From assembly GCF_006345805.1 (NCBI RefSeq), contig NC_042997.1, positions 68,448,001 through 68,512,000 of the forward strand: DNA of 64,000 bases, given 5' to 3'. How positions within the stretch are numbered: the stretch's first letter is position 1; each line of letters begins with the position of its first letter. Source of the DNA: Octopus sinensis. Lineage: Eukaryota. The notes below the pieces were generated by a model that did no database searches, had not been told where the DNA came from, and was given only the letters and a program-made list of their open reading frames with translations. This document shows positions 40,251-54,606 of the stretch, piece by piece. The translations under genes were made by a program, and so were the position numbers.

Positions 40251-42959
40251 TTAATCTACCCCCGAGCACCTAGCATGCTTTTAGCCGTGTCCTTTCTGTT
40301 GAAAACATGCAAACTAGACCTTCATTTTGAGGATAACATTTTCTCTCCGTGCAGCCATCTAGGAGATCTGACAAGTAAATGTCATATCATGGTCACTGTT
40401 CTTACCTTCAGGCATAAACGAATATATATGTCAATAAATAGCTTTTAGATTGCATGTATTTTTCGTCACTATTTTCTTCTCGTTAAGTTACAAATAGCAA
40501 CCAAAGCTTTCTTACCGTTTATACTGAAATTGAGAGCTAATTTTTAAATACGCTTCTATACATAAATACTACGAACGTGAAATAATGCTTGTAAAGTATT
40601 GTTTCCCGCACTCTCAAAGTATATAAACGTCTGTAACACCAACATTATGAATATTAGTTCTACCATGTCTCTAGGAAATATACCCTCAAATTTTTAAACA
40701 ATGTTAAAATTCAAAGTGAGCCCAATGTCCAAATTTTCTAATATGATTAACACATATCTAGCTGTATATACGTACAATAACAACCTACAATTTTTCTAAT
40801 TACATGATTATATCACGAAAACACTGATTATATTCTCTGAACCAAAGGATGTCAAGTTAGTGTAGCAAACGATGAAAGAACAGATACTAGTTATGTGAGG
40901 CAATAATTTGGAATTATGAATAGCGTACGATCTACGGAGATAGAGATGTAGAGTTGGAGAAAGGAATGACTATCTTTCTTTCACATATCCTTACTCCTCA
41001 GTACTGTTTTCGTAAAGCACCCCCACACATTTATGTCCTTTTGGGGATCGGTGGTTCTCGAAGCAGAAAGCTATAGATAATAACGTAAAAACATTCAGCA
41101 AATACCCCTTGGGGAGAAAAAGTCGAAGACTATTAATTATAGTTTACTAATTTGAGATCCACATTTCCACCAAAATATTAAAAAGAAAGAAAAAAAATTT
41201 AGCATTCATTTGAAGTTTATAAATCTAATGATATTCACAACACACACACATACACACACATAGACACACACACATAGACACACACACACAAATACATACA
41301 CACATATATGTATATATGTATTTATATATGCATATATATATATATTTATATGTGTATGTGTGTGTGCCTGTGGGTGTGTAAGAAAAGAATATATACACTT
41401 ATCCAATGGAGCAGATAAAATTTGATATGTATTCAAAAGTATATTCTGAAGCACATATGCGTATACACGCATAAACATCGCATATATGCTCTCTCTCTCT
41501 TTCTCTCTTTCTCTCTCCATCCCTCCTTACCTTATTTCTTTTTTACTCTATCTATCTATCTATCATCTATCTATCTATCTATCTATCTATCTATATGACA
41601 AAAATTATTCAAAATGTGAAAAATAACTTGGATAGAAAGCCGATTTATATGCGTAGTAATTGTACTGAGAAACTAGTACAATATACCGGGTAAACTAAAC
41701 CGATTAGACGGCCACAGAATGACTTCAGGCTGACGAGAACGTTGACCCTTGAAAGTCATATATTTTCTTACGTTAATCTTTCGATTGAAACCAAGCAATT
41801 GCTACAGGCCATGGAATCCAACAACAAAAGTTGAATGATCTTTCCAAGTTAGTCCTGCTAAGATAAGCTTAAAAATATGGATTGAAGCGAATGATTTCAA
41901 ATACAAATATTAACTATTAATTATTATCTATCAACAATGTTGATCTATTTTAAATGCAACGTTTCTTTAAGGCATATATTTTCACAGACACCCCACCACA
42001 CACACACGATAAAAATATATATGAATACATCTCCATCATGAAATCATATCTAGATACTTAGGCACAAACACTGCAAATTGTGCAGGTGTATAGATGTATA
42101 TGAACAAGTCGGGAGTGGCGGATATGTGTTTTTTGAGGGGAACGAAAAATTGAATTTATTTTTTTCTGTCTGCGGAAGAGGCCTTAACAAAACATTTGTT
42201 CACTTTTACTAGCAGGCAGGGTGTGTCGGTAAAATTCCTTACGCGCAACCCGTAAAAATCTTAGTCTTAAGATTTTTACGGGGTAAGTTTTGGAAAGAGG
42301 ATGTTTTGGCAGTGTTTATTGGAGATGTTTGTCATTTTGAATCTATATGTGTATATATATATATATATGCTTGTGTTTGAATGTGAGTGTGTGTATGTAA
42401 ACATGCATGTGGTTGAATTTTTAGACAAAGAAAAAGGAAGAGAGAAAGAAAAGAAGAAAGTGGTATTTAACTGGGATGGCTGAAATTGTTGACAGTCAAA
42501 GAGGTCCACTTTTTTATCAGTTGCATGAAATGTGTCTCAGGTATTGCGTTCGGTTATTTTGGGCCAATTGTTATGATGGCCAGCAGTAGAAAATAGAATC
42601 TATAGAATTATTTGGGTAATCTTATAAATGTAAATATGTGTGTGTGTGCGCGCGCGTTCGTGTGTGCGTGTGCACGTGTGTGTGTGTGTGTGTGTTTTAT
42701 GTATTTGTATTTATGTATTTTTAGTAACAGTAATGAGAATATTATTTATAATAATATCCAGTGTAATCTAGTTTGGTTGTATATGGGTAATTTAAAAAAA
42801 AAAATATTTCTCATTTTTTATAAATATATATTTCAAACGTTAGATTTTCGTAGACATTTTTGCATTGCCCTTCAGTATTTCGGGACATCTCCTGGGCATT
42901 TGTAGAAAGGAAAGACCTTGAATTTGTTGTATCTGCATAATTCCAGATGTTTGATTAGT

Positions 42960-42983
42960 GAAGAAGGCAGGAGAGGTATGCAG

Positions 42984-43029
<46 letters not shown>

Positions 43030-43445
43030 AAGATACTGGAAGGACTGGTACTAAATTTTGGAATAAAGAGCTATACCAGACCACCAACAGGACGTCACTG
43101 TGCTGTCCCCGCTCTGCCGACTGCTTCATCTCGAGCAAGGACAATGTACTGCAATAGCTTGGGTTTCAGGGGCCCACAGCTGTTTAATTGTCTGCCGAAG
43201 CATCTGAGGAGCCTTCATGGAGTGGATGTAGACGTTTTCAAACGTGAACTTGACCTCTGGCTCACCGAGATCCCGGATGAGCCAATATCTAAGCAAGAAA
43301 CTCAAAAGAGGGCAGTAACATCGAACTCCATCCTTCACCAAAAGCCGCTCCGACAAAGGTGGAAAGTGGAAAGAGGATCACAATAGCGGTGCTCCAGCAT
43401 GGCCTCAGTCATTGGACTGAAACATATAAAAGAATAAAAGAATAG
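42960..43445 (+). mobile_element. 5'-truncated LINE 3' end (CR1/L2-group ORF2 C-terminus, 3'UTR and (AAGAATA)n tail)
   Basis: RRQERYAVIY..WKILEGLVLN..SLGFRGPQLFNCLP..LR..GVDVDVFKRELD.WL..IPDEP..SNSI; stop at 43384-43386; tail aaaagaataaaagaata. Confidence 0.85.
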
Positions 43446-43789
43446 TTCTTTTTGTCGGATGTGCTGCACGTAGGCAAAAGAAATTGCTGCCTTCGCCAAT
43501 ATAATTGTCTTTGCAATTGGGGCAGTTGATGCATTATATTAGATTCTATGTTTTATTTGAAAAGAAAATCTTCAAAATTTTATATAAGTACCAGTATCCA
43601 AATATTTGAAGTTGTTGGTACTGCATATTTCACATTTATTGTCTCCACAGTTCTTCACAAGAATTTTGAATTATCCTCTGACGTGAATTTTGCTATTTAA
43701 AAATCTTTTGGTTGATGTTTGCTTATGAGATTTTCATCAAATAGATTTTTGTTTTTGGGCCTCTCAGCAGTAGTGACATTCTAACTATA

Positions 43790-44337
43790 ATACGATCCTG
43801 TCTTGGTGAGGTTTTACGAGTTCTACTGGTTTTGGGGTTTAGCATCCGTCGATCCTGATGATTTAAAACGAGCTACAATTCGTTGCCCAACACGTCTAGA
43901 CGTTACTACAGTAGTTACTATCATAGAATTTGGCTTGCCCGCTTGATGAAAGCATACAATCCTTTGTTTCTCATTACACGACACCGGTCGTCCCTCAGAA
44001 GCAGCCATGTTGACAGTTGAATGTTCCAATAACGTAATATCATAAGAAGCAGCTATTAGCCCATTAACAGTCTTCTAAACAACATGTACCTCGGTTAGTA
44101 GTTCTTTTTTTCTAAGTGACCCTTAACTTTTGGCTGCTGCAGTTTGGAAGATTATTTGCTCATTTCCTCACAACTTACGAAATATATATTCCATTCACTT
44201 GAAATTTTCACGAAAGATAGATAGTAAATATATCTAAATAAGTATAAAATATCTAGTCTCAACGTGTTGTTGGTCTTCTATAATATCTATTTCAATACAC
44301 TTGTTCTTACTGAGCCTTATATCATGACTGCTACAGT
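43790..44337 (-). mobile_element. Tc1-like element 5' fragment (HTH region and long IR/DR-type left end)
   Basis: MAASEGRPVSCNEKQRIVCFHQAGK..VGQRIVARFKSSGSTDAKP/TRKTSPRQDRII is a paired-like HTH; related inner and outer repeats near 44117-44143 and 44310-44337, followed by TA. Confidence 0.65.
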
Positions 44338-45382
44338 ATATGCGTGCTAACTATAGAGCTAATATTTTTATGCTAAAATCTAAGAACGGTAAATCATTAT
44401 AACTGGCTTCTGTCGTGAATTTGATAGATCAGTAAAGGGTGTTTAGAATGTAATGGAATATTTGTAGATTGCCATTTGATTTCTCCCCCAAAATCAAGCA
44501 GCCATCGAGGAAGCGTTTCCACTTTCAATGATAAAATTCTTGAAAGTTCGTAAACATTTCTGTTTCTTCGTATATGAGTATATTAGCGTATGATTGTGCA
44601 AATTTTCTCACCATAGCTGTGCCCTGTATTTTTGTCGATACAATTTACCATCAAAGTTAAAACTTTTTCCCCACTAGGAGCAGGCGTGTAGCTTGGTAAT
44701 GAAATGCGTTTTGAAGCGATCGTTTATCTTCCCTATGCTGTTTGCATCCAGGCTCGATCTATATTTTCCTTCCTTCCTTCCTTCCTTCCTTCCTTTGTTC
44801 CTTTCATTCATTCATTCATATTCTTTGTTTAAAAATTCAACTCACTCACATACTTACACATGCCTACATACACACATATATGCATTTACATATATATACA
44901 GACATAAAAATTCAAAATGATAAACGTCTCAAATAGCCACTCCCAAACACACCCAAGAAAACAAATTCAACTCTAGAGTTTTTCAAATTTCTCACATAAA
45001 ATGCCTGAATTCTCTATAAGAAATGATTCATGATGAATCCTTGAACGAAACGAATGCGATAAACCAGTAATCTTTATCCAAATCCTGACTATCACCTTTA
45101 CGCCACTTTAAAGAATCTGTACTCACACACAGACACACACATACACACAGAGTAGCGAGATAGATAGAGACAAATGAATAGGTTTATTGATTGATTGATA
45201 TACAGCTAGATAGATTGATAGGCAAATAGATAGATAGAGAGATGGATATATAGATTGATAAACAGATAGACAAATACGAGAGTGTTTGATAGACAGATCG
45301 CTAGACAGATATGCAGAGAGACAACGAGAGGAAACGAGTAAGGGAATGATCAAACCATCTGTTCTGAAGGATAACTTGACTA

Positions 45383-46203
45383 CACAGGGCGCGATGAGTA
45401 AATTGTTGCCATTTTATATTTTTAATTTCGCGCATGCGCATTGTTTGTTTTGTCGACTACGCAGTATAGTAAGGTCAGTTGAGAACCGTCTGTGAGAAAA
45501 ACATTACCATGGCGCAATTGACTTTGCCAGAAATCTGGAAACGACATGCTGTACTGATTGACATTCGCACCGGAAGCTCCAGTACAAACATTTCAGAGTG
45601 TTTGGGTGTCAGTCTAAGGACAGTGCAATCTGAGGACATGTATCGAGAGTGATAAACATCACACATCCATCATGGTGTTTGGAGTGATCACTAGCGATGG
45701 CGACGTTATGCCTCCATTAATCTTCCCACACGGCCTCAAATTCGACACGGAAGCCTATATCAAGTGCTTGGAGGAGGCTGTGCTGCCCTGGGTCAAGAGG
45801 GTAGCTCCTGGAAAACCCTATATCTGTCACCAGGACTCTGTACCATACCACACTAGCAGAAGAAGCCAGCAATGGCTGTCAGACAATTTCTGCAACCACA
45901 TCACCCCTAACATCTGGCCACCTAACTCCCCAGACTTTGTAACACCAAAGATGAACTGAAGGCAAAGATTATGGCAGCATTCACCACCTTAAACAAAAAC
46001 AAGGAGAACGTCCAGACGAGTTGCAGAAGATTCCGAAGTCGTCTGGAAGCCGTGGTTGAAGCTAATGGCGATTATATTGAATAAATTTACTCTTTAGAAA
46101 TTTCAAGATATTTTAATGTAATTTTGTTAAATATATGTTAAAATGAAATATCAGTGTTATTCTTATTTTTTGCGTAACGACAATTTATTCACCGTACTTT
46201 GTA
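45383..46203 (+). mobile_element. Internally deleted Tc1/mariner element, maT (DD37D)-like
   Basis: 23-bp degenerate TIRs (cacagggcgcgatgagtaaattg / caatttattcaccgtactttgta) with TA on both sides; MVFGVITSDG..PLIF..YIKCLEE..LPWVK..HQDS..HTSRRSQQWL..WPPNSPD..FRSRLEAVVEANGDYIE*. Confidence 0.85.
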
Positions 46204-49200
46204 TACTCTCTGCAGAGGAGGCATCTTTAGGAAGATTTTAATATCCACACATCTGTTAATATATTTATCTGTCATCTGTCTCTCTAACTATCTATCTGTT
46301 TATCAGTCTATTACTTCCTGCTCTATTCCAATGTGTAAGCCGATGAAACAACACTCAGTAGCAACCTTGAAAAGATCGATAATTGTAAATTAATCATTTG
46401 TCTCAATTTCGCAGCTCGGATTCCCTCTCAAATCACTTCTTCCTACGACTGTTTACTTCCGAAGAAATTTTGAGCAGCAGCAGGAGCAGTAGGAGCAGCA
46501 GGAGCAAGAGTAACACCAGCATCAGTAGTAGTAATGGCAGTAATAATAGTTGCAGAAGCAACAAAAGCATCAGCAGTAGTAGCATTCTATCTAAGTCACT
46601 TGCAAATAGTTCTGCTGGATCCTTTCTCCAAATTTTTCTGTACCTCATTTAAAAGACATGCTTTATTCATTTTATTTAAATGTCATCGATAGTTTTCCGA
46701 AAGTAAGATAACAAATTTTATAATCGAATTACCAATCAATTAGCTTAAAGTGTCGTACACATATTTATATATACATATGCATGTGCCTGTATGTTTCTCC
46801 ATATTTGAGTTTCTGCCTGACGCATTCAGCGTAATTCCGTTATATGGGTATAACTTTTTGACAGATAAGAGTTTTTGTTATGGTTATGTCCCAAGTCAGT
46901 AATCCGAAGCATGTGGACCTATAACAAAAGATAAGTCAGCTGCACTTGAAGATAGTTTTGATGGGAATGTCACACCAATATTCCTTAGGTTACTATGTGA
47001 GTGTGTATAGAAGAACAGAAGTATTTTTGTTTTCATATTTTGTAATGAGGTCATTGCATGTTATTTTACCAACGACAGCATACCATTATGGACAGTTATA
47101 TTTTAATGGCATTTTCGAAGTACTGATGATCATATGTTTTGTATCTTCTGCATAAATTTAATATAAACCAGTTTTGGTCACTTTTGCACGTTTAAGGGTT
47201 TTACTGGTCTTAAATATTTATGTATGTGTGTTTGTATGTGTTCACATACTAGTAGCTGTTTTCTAATTTTAGATGTTCCTATATCATATGGATTACTTAG
47301 CTATCTAAATTGTTAGCTAAATTATGAAGGAAATGTGCAAAATTTCTATGGAATTTATATAGAATAATCATAAGATAATAAAAAGGGAGCATTTATTAGG
47401 TGTAAAGGAATGGTCGGTTAATCCTATTTAGTTTATTCACATATATGCACAAAATGCCTTTATGCACTTCAAAATTTATCCTATTTAACAAGCTTTGAAT
47501 ATCTTAATTCCATATCGTTAAACATCTACCGATATAGCATATATTATCCCTTAAAATTACAATTGAAAATTATTTTCTTAAAATGTTCAAAATACAGTTC
47601 TTAAATGATATGGAGCATTTATCTGTATCAACCTGCTATAAGAAAAATATCAGGAGCAGCACCAGGTGCAGCGGCAGCAGCAGCAGCAGCATGTGTAGTA
47701 GTAGTATATTCCTAGGAGTGCAATGAGTGACAAGAGTTCAAAAGCCTTCTGATTATAATTACGCTATTCTTCAGAAACAATGAATAAAGATCTCATACCC
47801 CAATGTTTCCCCTCCTTTGTAGGAAAATGGGATGTAATTTGAGGAACATTTGGTTGCTATTTCTAACAAGTCAAGCTACTGCGTAGAGGCTCTCGTATTG
47901 GTCTGCACGTGTGAAAAATTTTCGTTGATAAAGATTAGAAATAATCATCTTCGTAGAAAGAAGACATCAGTTCCGCCTTAGGTGAAATCGAGAAAAAATG
48001 TTTTATAGAAGCTGAATGAACCAGGGATTGGTCTGCAATCACATTAACACTTGATACATCAAACAATAAATCCATGAATTTTGTCGTGATGTAAAGGTAT
48101 TATAGTATGACATCAACCGTATCAGTGTGATGATTTTAATCTTTTAATCTTTTTTATATTGTCTTTATTTGTTTTAATTATTTCAATTTCCAGTGAGCTC
48201 TGCTCAGATGCATTTATGTTGTTCATAATTAATAGAAAATCATTGTATCTGTTGAGTACACATTTATAATATTTCAAGTATTAAATTAGAATGTATTAAA
48301 CTTGCCTAGATAAAAAACAAAACAAAAAATGAATATAAGGAACTCTTCCTAAGTGATCGCAATAAACGTTTTCGGAAACCTGACACCATAATACATAATA
48401 TAACTGCTTGTATATCATTTGATTTTTATTCATTTTTTTAGACACAATTCTGTACACTCTGAGATAGATAATATGGATTAAAAAACAGCTTTGCAATCTT
48501 TCTCCATCGCAGTCTATCAAGCCTTCACCGAACGATGTGAGATCAACAATAAAATTACTTATTGCCAAACAACTTCTATCTTACTTAAAAGATTTTGACA
48601 TTAAAAAATAAATAAAACATAAAACAAACAAGCTGTAGGTATCGTTGATGAAATGTATCGTACAACCAATATGCTAGATACAGAAATTTATATGCCAGAC
48701 TACAGTCTGGTTCTCTTTTTTTCTTTGTCAAAAGATTTTGAAACTTGGAATGTCTCTTGTCTTTACGAATGTATTTCCTGGAGCAGAAGATTGATGCATG
48801 TGCAATAAGTATACGTATGAATGATAATTGGATGGCAGATAACAAACTTTATGACTGAGTACTATATCAGCAACTAAACAGGACACCATTGATTATCCTC
48901 AAATGTGTAATTAATAAAGAGTTCATTCAGTTTGGAGCCTATATTGAGTTTCAGAAAGCAGTTTTAAAAAGGCTGTGTGATGTTGATGTGAGTTTATTCA
49001 AATAACGTTAGACACATTGTGCAGTCTATTTTCGCATGGATCTACAACATCACAGAAGATAGAGTGGAGGGCAGCATTTTCTAACAATTACCAGTAGGCG
49101 GTATTATATTGTGATGGCAATAACAGAAGTTCCCCAGTATGGCGCCCAACTAGTGACTAAACAAGTACAAGAATATAAAAATAGACTTCTCTTCATTATA

Positions 49201-49288
49201 TAATAAATGATTTTGCGGCGTGTAGCGTGTCACAATATCTTCTTTGTATTAAGTTCTTCATTTCTTTATACGTCTCTCTCACTTCTCT

Positions 49289-49374
49289 ATACATACATAC
49301 ATACATACATACATACATACATACATACATACATACATACATACATACATACATACATACATACATACATGTAC

Positions 49375-49405
<31 letters not shown>

Positions 49406-49452
49406 TGTATGTATGTATGTATGTATGTATGTATGTATGTATGTATGTATAT
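49289..49452. repeat. Back-to-back (ACAT)n then (ATGT)n inverted microsatellite
   Basis: Direct reading. Confidence 0.95.
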
Positions 49453-49756
49453 ATTTATATACTATACTGTTCCGCTTTTGATTAGAACAGCAAAACCAGT
49501 ACCTTATCCAGCGAGAGATGATTATCAATTAAGATACACAGGATCTAAACGTGAGCTAACCTGCATGTTCCGAGAGTACTGTAATTGCGCAAACTTCTTG
49601 GGCCTTTGTCTTTGTAGGATCGTGCATGGTATGCTATTAAAGCTAGTTCGTTTATTGTACAAAAGGAGCACGAAAGTTCTTGTATCTGACATGTAAATCC
49701 TGAGTTTATGAAATATACATACATGTATATATATATATGTATATATATATATATTA

Positions 49757-49805
<49 letters not shown>

Positions 49806-50474
49806 ATATATATGCACACAAATATACTATATATTTTTATATATGTATGTACTTCTGTTCAAATGATGATGCAAATTACATTGGTCATAAGTGAGCTGGG
49901 ATCTGTATTGTATATTTCTAAATATATCACCTGCTGGAGAAAATTTCAGATAAATTCAGTAGTGATAATGCGTATTGAGGTAGAAAGATATATCAACAAT
50001 AGTCCTCTTGTCTCCAGACAAGCAGACTGTCTATTTCCTTAATGATATCTTATGGTGATTATTTGCCCTTCACGGTAGAGTTGGTTCCATTTGCTACATT
50101 CAGTTGTTTACCTCCTTTGGAACAGAAGATTGTCTCAGTAAATTGATGATGAATTTTCTAGCTTATTCATCCCTTTTGTTCTTAACGTATTTGACACTGG
50201 ACATTGTGGTATTTGTCTAAGCTCATTTTCATATTTTTATGAAAATACGTATGTGAGTCTATATGCTTGTGTGAGTGTGTGCTGTTATTATTTCGCATAA
50301 GCATTGCGATACTAATAAACTGTGTTAGGACTCAATATGCATATGCTCATGTGCTTCAGAATAAAGTGTTAAATGGGTATAAGGTGTAATATAAATTAAT
50401 GAAATGAGAAAGGAATAAGGATTTGGGAGTTGATTACGCAATTCTTGTTTCCTGCTCCCTTAGAATTCAATGAA

Positions 50475-50475
<1 letters not shown>

Positions 50476-50511
<36 letters not shown>

Positions 50512-50973
50512 CTGAGAATGTGTGTCTGTCTGTCTGTTTCCATAAAACTTGAGAACTACTCAACCAATTTCATTCACATTTTACACATGCCTTACTTAGG
50601 GTCCATGTGGTTACATGGGCAAAAAAAATGTTCAACCTCTTACCTAGAGCGAGCCCATAGCAATATCATATCTTCTCCACTATTTCTGTATTACGTGTTA
50701 AAAGTGAAACAAAAACATTTCTCTATTTTATGTCAGATACTTTCACTTTAACAATAAAAATAATAATAACAATTGAAGTATATGTAGTAAGTAATAATTA
50801 AAGTATAATATTATCGTAACATAACAAAAGTAAAAATAGCAATTGGTATAAAATTGCATCAATGACTTGAACTTGAATCAGTGGTTTCACATGAATGGGA
50901 ATAAATAAAAAATTAAAATTAGCGTGCAGAAATGGAATAGTCCAGATCGAGCTGTGCACGGCTTTTACATTAG
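50476..50973 (+). mobile_element. Possible non-autonomous Helitron
   Basis: TC(AT)n-aactgagaatgtgtgtctgtctgtc..aactactcaaccaatttc start resembles the other Helitron 5' ends; near-palindrome agctgtgcacggct then TTAG; 3' end uncertain. Confidence 0.45.
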
Positions 50974-51324
50974 ATTATTTGCTAATTAGCTCTATGTAAT
51001 GTCTGTTTTCTCGAAATATACTTCTACTGAGTACCGCTGTTGGTTTATTTCTGATCCATAAAGGCCTATAGCTTCAACAGAGTACTGCGTTTTGGTTTAC
51101 CGTATGGTTTGTTGTTATTATTATTTGTGATTTTACTATTGTTATCACGTTTGTTGGTTCCTCGTAAGGGAAGCGTTGTTGTGTTGCATTTGTTAAATAA
51201 TTGTAAACCGTAACCCTCCCCCTTTGGAAGAAGGAGCTTTGGTTATTGTTTAAAAATTGAATTGTGTCCCTGTTTGGGGAAATTGACAATATTTTCACCG
51301 TTTACACGGAAGCATTTTTGTTAA

Positions 51325-51860
51325 AATGTCTTCGATAGAAGAAAGTCCAAAAATGAATTTCTCTGCAGCCGTCGGCGGGCGGCGAACTCATTAAAATTAA
51401 AATGGAAGAAATACAAACCTATTTCGGATTGATCACCGACAAAGACGGTGAATCTAGGATAACACTACCGAACGAAATAAAAAATAAAATTAAAGAAAAT
51501 ACTATTGACTATAAAGTATACAATGTAGAGAAAAAAACCGATTTGAAAACCTGGAGGAAAGCACCATTGAAAAGTGTCTTGGTTCGACTATGAAAGATAT
51601 CAAGTATCTAACCAGAGGCGGTAAATTCGCCACAATAGAAGTACGGTTCGAGTCAAAGGAGCATGCAAGTGAGTACTCGACTCGAACCTTACAAAGTGGA
51701 AATATTTTATTTTTACCTTTATATCTGGGACGTAGGACGTCCTGGATAAAAATTAAAAAATGTCCGCCCTCCAGAAGTAGAGGTAGGCTGGATTGTAGTC
51801 ACACTTCTATACAAGAGGGAGGACAAGATACAATTGATCAAAATGCAAGAGACGGGCCTA
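51325..51860 (+). mobile_element. Frameshifted ORF1-like remnant of an L1/Tx1-type non-LTR element
   Basis: MSSIEESPKMNFSAAVG..., then DIKYLTRGGKFATIEVRFESKEHA..LFLPLYLGRRTSWIKIKKCP/PEVEVGWI across frameshifts; resembles the ORF1 'SFAAAV' start plus RRM-like region. Family call is tentative. Confidence 0.4.
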
Positions 51861-51936
51861 CAATTCCCGTCAGTTGTATATTTTGAGTATTGTTATCACT
51901 AGCGATATCAAGATATAACTTTGTATTTTATGTGTA

Positions 51937-51996
<60 letters not shown>

Positions 51997-52543
51997 ACAT
52001 GTAAACATATATATATGCACTAGCAATATGACACGGCAATTATATATATATATATAATTATTGTAAGAGGTTTTGTGAGGAGATAGATTCCTCTTTAAAG
52101 GGATGTCAATATCCAAGCATCTTCCGGTCTTATCGTATAGATCGATGAACTTTCTGGAATCCTGCTTTTCCATGGTAGAATCAGTGTTTATTATTTATTA
52201 GGCACCAGTATTATACACATTTTGGAATTCCAGTATTTCTTATAGATGTTTACTTCTCATCGCTATATGTGGGGATAGTTATCGTAATATATCATAAAAG
52301 AGGTGTGACTTAAGTGTTGAGAAAATTTTTCACATAATAACTTCTAAGCATAAACTTATCAACAGTAAAAGAGAAAGCGGATCATTCTACCTACACAGGA
52401 GTAAATACATATTTCAAAAATACAATTGAAGCAGAAAAATTAAATAACAGTAGATCTAATAGAAAATATATATAAAAAACCAAGTTCTAGAATATAAGTC
52501 TATGATATAAGTATAATGATAATAACAGTATAACTCTAATCCT

Positions 52544-52648
52544 GTATGTATGTATGTATGTATGTATGTATGTATGTATGTATGTATGTATGTATGTATG
52601 TATGTATGTATGTATGTATGTATGTATGTATGTATGTATGTATGTATG
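52544..52648. repeat. (TATG)n microsatellite
   Basis: Direct reading. Confidence 0.97.
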
Positions 52649-53468
52649 TGTCTGTGTGTCTGTGAGTACGTTTGAGTCTGCTTGTGTGTGTATACGTACG
52701 TGAGTCTGATGTCAGCAATATAAGAAAAATGTTCTCGGTAAGTACCCAACATATTTTATATATTACAAACGGCCCCTCCCCTAAATATCTTATATTTGGA
52801 CTGTATAATAAGTGTCCTTTCTCTTCTGATGTCGGCTGATTATGATTTGAAAAAGATTTGACTACTATTGTATTTTTTTTTGCACTTCGAGCAACCACAT
52901 AAAGGCTCTCTGGCTCGTAAATATATATTTAACTGCTATGTCGCGTGTATCGCTTTTGCAGTACGTTTGTGCATGTAGATATATATTGGTTTTTCTGCAA
53001 TTTGCCATCCATTTCAATTTGAAAGAGTATGGTGTGCAGACGTTGCTGATATAGACGATGAATCATTTAACATCGTTTACTTATTTTGTGTAATGATATG
53101 TGAGTTAGTGCTTAATATATTTTACCATATTTTAGTTTTAGTTTCTATATCCTTGTGTGGTGCCAATGTTTTTGCACACATGTCGTGTGAAAATATTTAT
53201 ATAAGATAATAAATGTAATCGGTAACATAATTTGTCTTTTGTAAGATGGTAGTTATGTTTATGTTGCTATAGAAAATATTTTCTAATGTTGATAATAATT
53301 ATGATAATGGATTTCTACAGCGTTACTTAAATCTGTTCTGGAAAAATATGTTAAATTGTTTATAAATCAGTTTTATTCCAGGAGGTAACTTGTTATCCTC
53401 CAACTTATCATGTGATATATTAAATATATCAGGAGTCTGAAGCGATGCTATTTGATAAGTAGTCTTGT

Positions 53469-53514
<46 letters not shown>

Positions 53515-54002
53515 AAGGTGAGGTTGTGAGTGTGCGTGCAAACCTGCATAACTTCTGCAGTTCACAACTGATTTTCTCCAAACTGGGAACACACATTACT
53601 TATGTTCTAGAGACGGTTTTAGACTCATAAAATTTTTCATGAGTAATGGGCTCCCTGGGAGAAGAAAATTCCCTTTCCTGGGTTACGTTAAAAAGGGAAG
53701 TAACTTTCAGGAATTGATTGTCTCCCTTGCATCCAGCATGATTAATCTGCTGAAAGTTTTTCATCTTTTTATAAATATTGGTGTTAATTAATGTTTTTTA
53801 TTGACAATTAATTATTAACATAATAGTGTCATTTCAATTCATGGTATGTATTTATTAGAATTTGTTAAGATATTGATATTATTTAACTTCTTTTATTGTA
53901 ATTCTATTGTTAACGTACAATTGTCAACTTATTTTATTACATCATATTTCTTGACTTTTTGTCTCCAAAGAGGAGATCCTCCATTGGTCTAAAAATGATC
54001 AC

Positions 54003-54606
54003 ATTCATAACTGACTGTGTGAAAGAGTAATACTGGCTAAAAAAAAGCAAGTAAAAAAGTAAGTAAAATTAATGAGCAGCTGCTGTAGTACCTTCCTGGA
54101 AGACAATCCCAAATCCAGAAAAGGTGATAAATTATCCAAAAGAACTTCTCAATTCAGTGGAGCTTCCAGAACTACCTGCCCACAGATTGGAACTTAAAGT
54201 GGGAACTCCAGTAATGTTATTGAGGAATTTGGATCTACCAAACACTCTGCAATGGGACACGGCTGGTGGTAAAGAAGATGATGACACATGTTGTTGAGGC
54301 CACCATTCTCTTTGGACGTGGAAAATGGAAAAGGAGAGGATGTTTTCATACCCAGGATTCCTCTAATTCCATCGGGAACAGAAATTCCTTTTTCATTCAG
54401 AAGAGTTCAATTTCTTATTCGTATCAGCTTCGCAGTGTGAAACACTTTTTGTGGTAGGACTCCACTTGGAAGAGTCGTGCTTCTCACATGGGCAATTATA
54501 TGTTGGCTGCTCTAGAGTGCGATGCAAAAAAAATCTATTTACATTTGTTCCACAAGGGAAAACAAAGAATATTGTTTACCTAGAGTTCTTGCAGGAATTA
54601 CTATGA
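54003..54606 (+). pseudogene. Helitron PIF1-family helicase C-terminal pseudogene fragment
   Basis: LCERVILA..INEQLL*YLPG..NYPKELLNS..LPAHRLELKVGTPVMLLRNLD/LCNGTRLVV..VVEATIL/VFIPRIPLIPS..PFSFRRVQF.IRISFA/VVGLHLEESCFSHGQLYVGCSRV..KTKNIVY.E; stop codons, frameshifts, and the MTINKSQG motif is deleted. Confidence 0.93.

Noticed and set aside
41719-41760. ATGACTTC-AGG-CTGACGA...GAAAGTCAT, resembling a type III hammerhead
   Set aside because: Only 3-4 nt lie between the cleavage site and CUGA, so stem I cannot form, and stem II is weak
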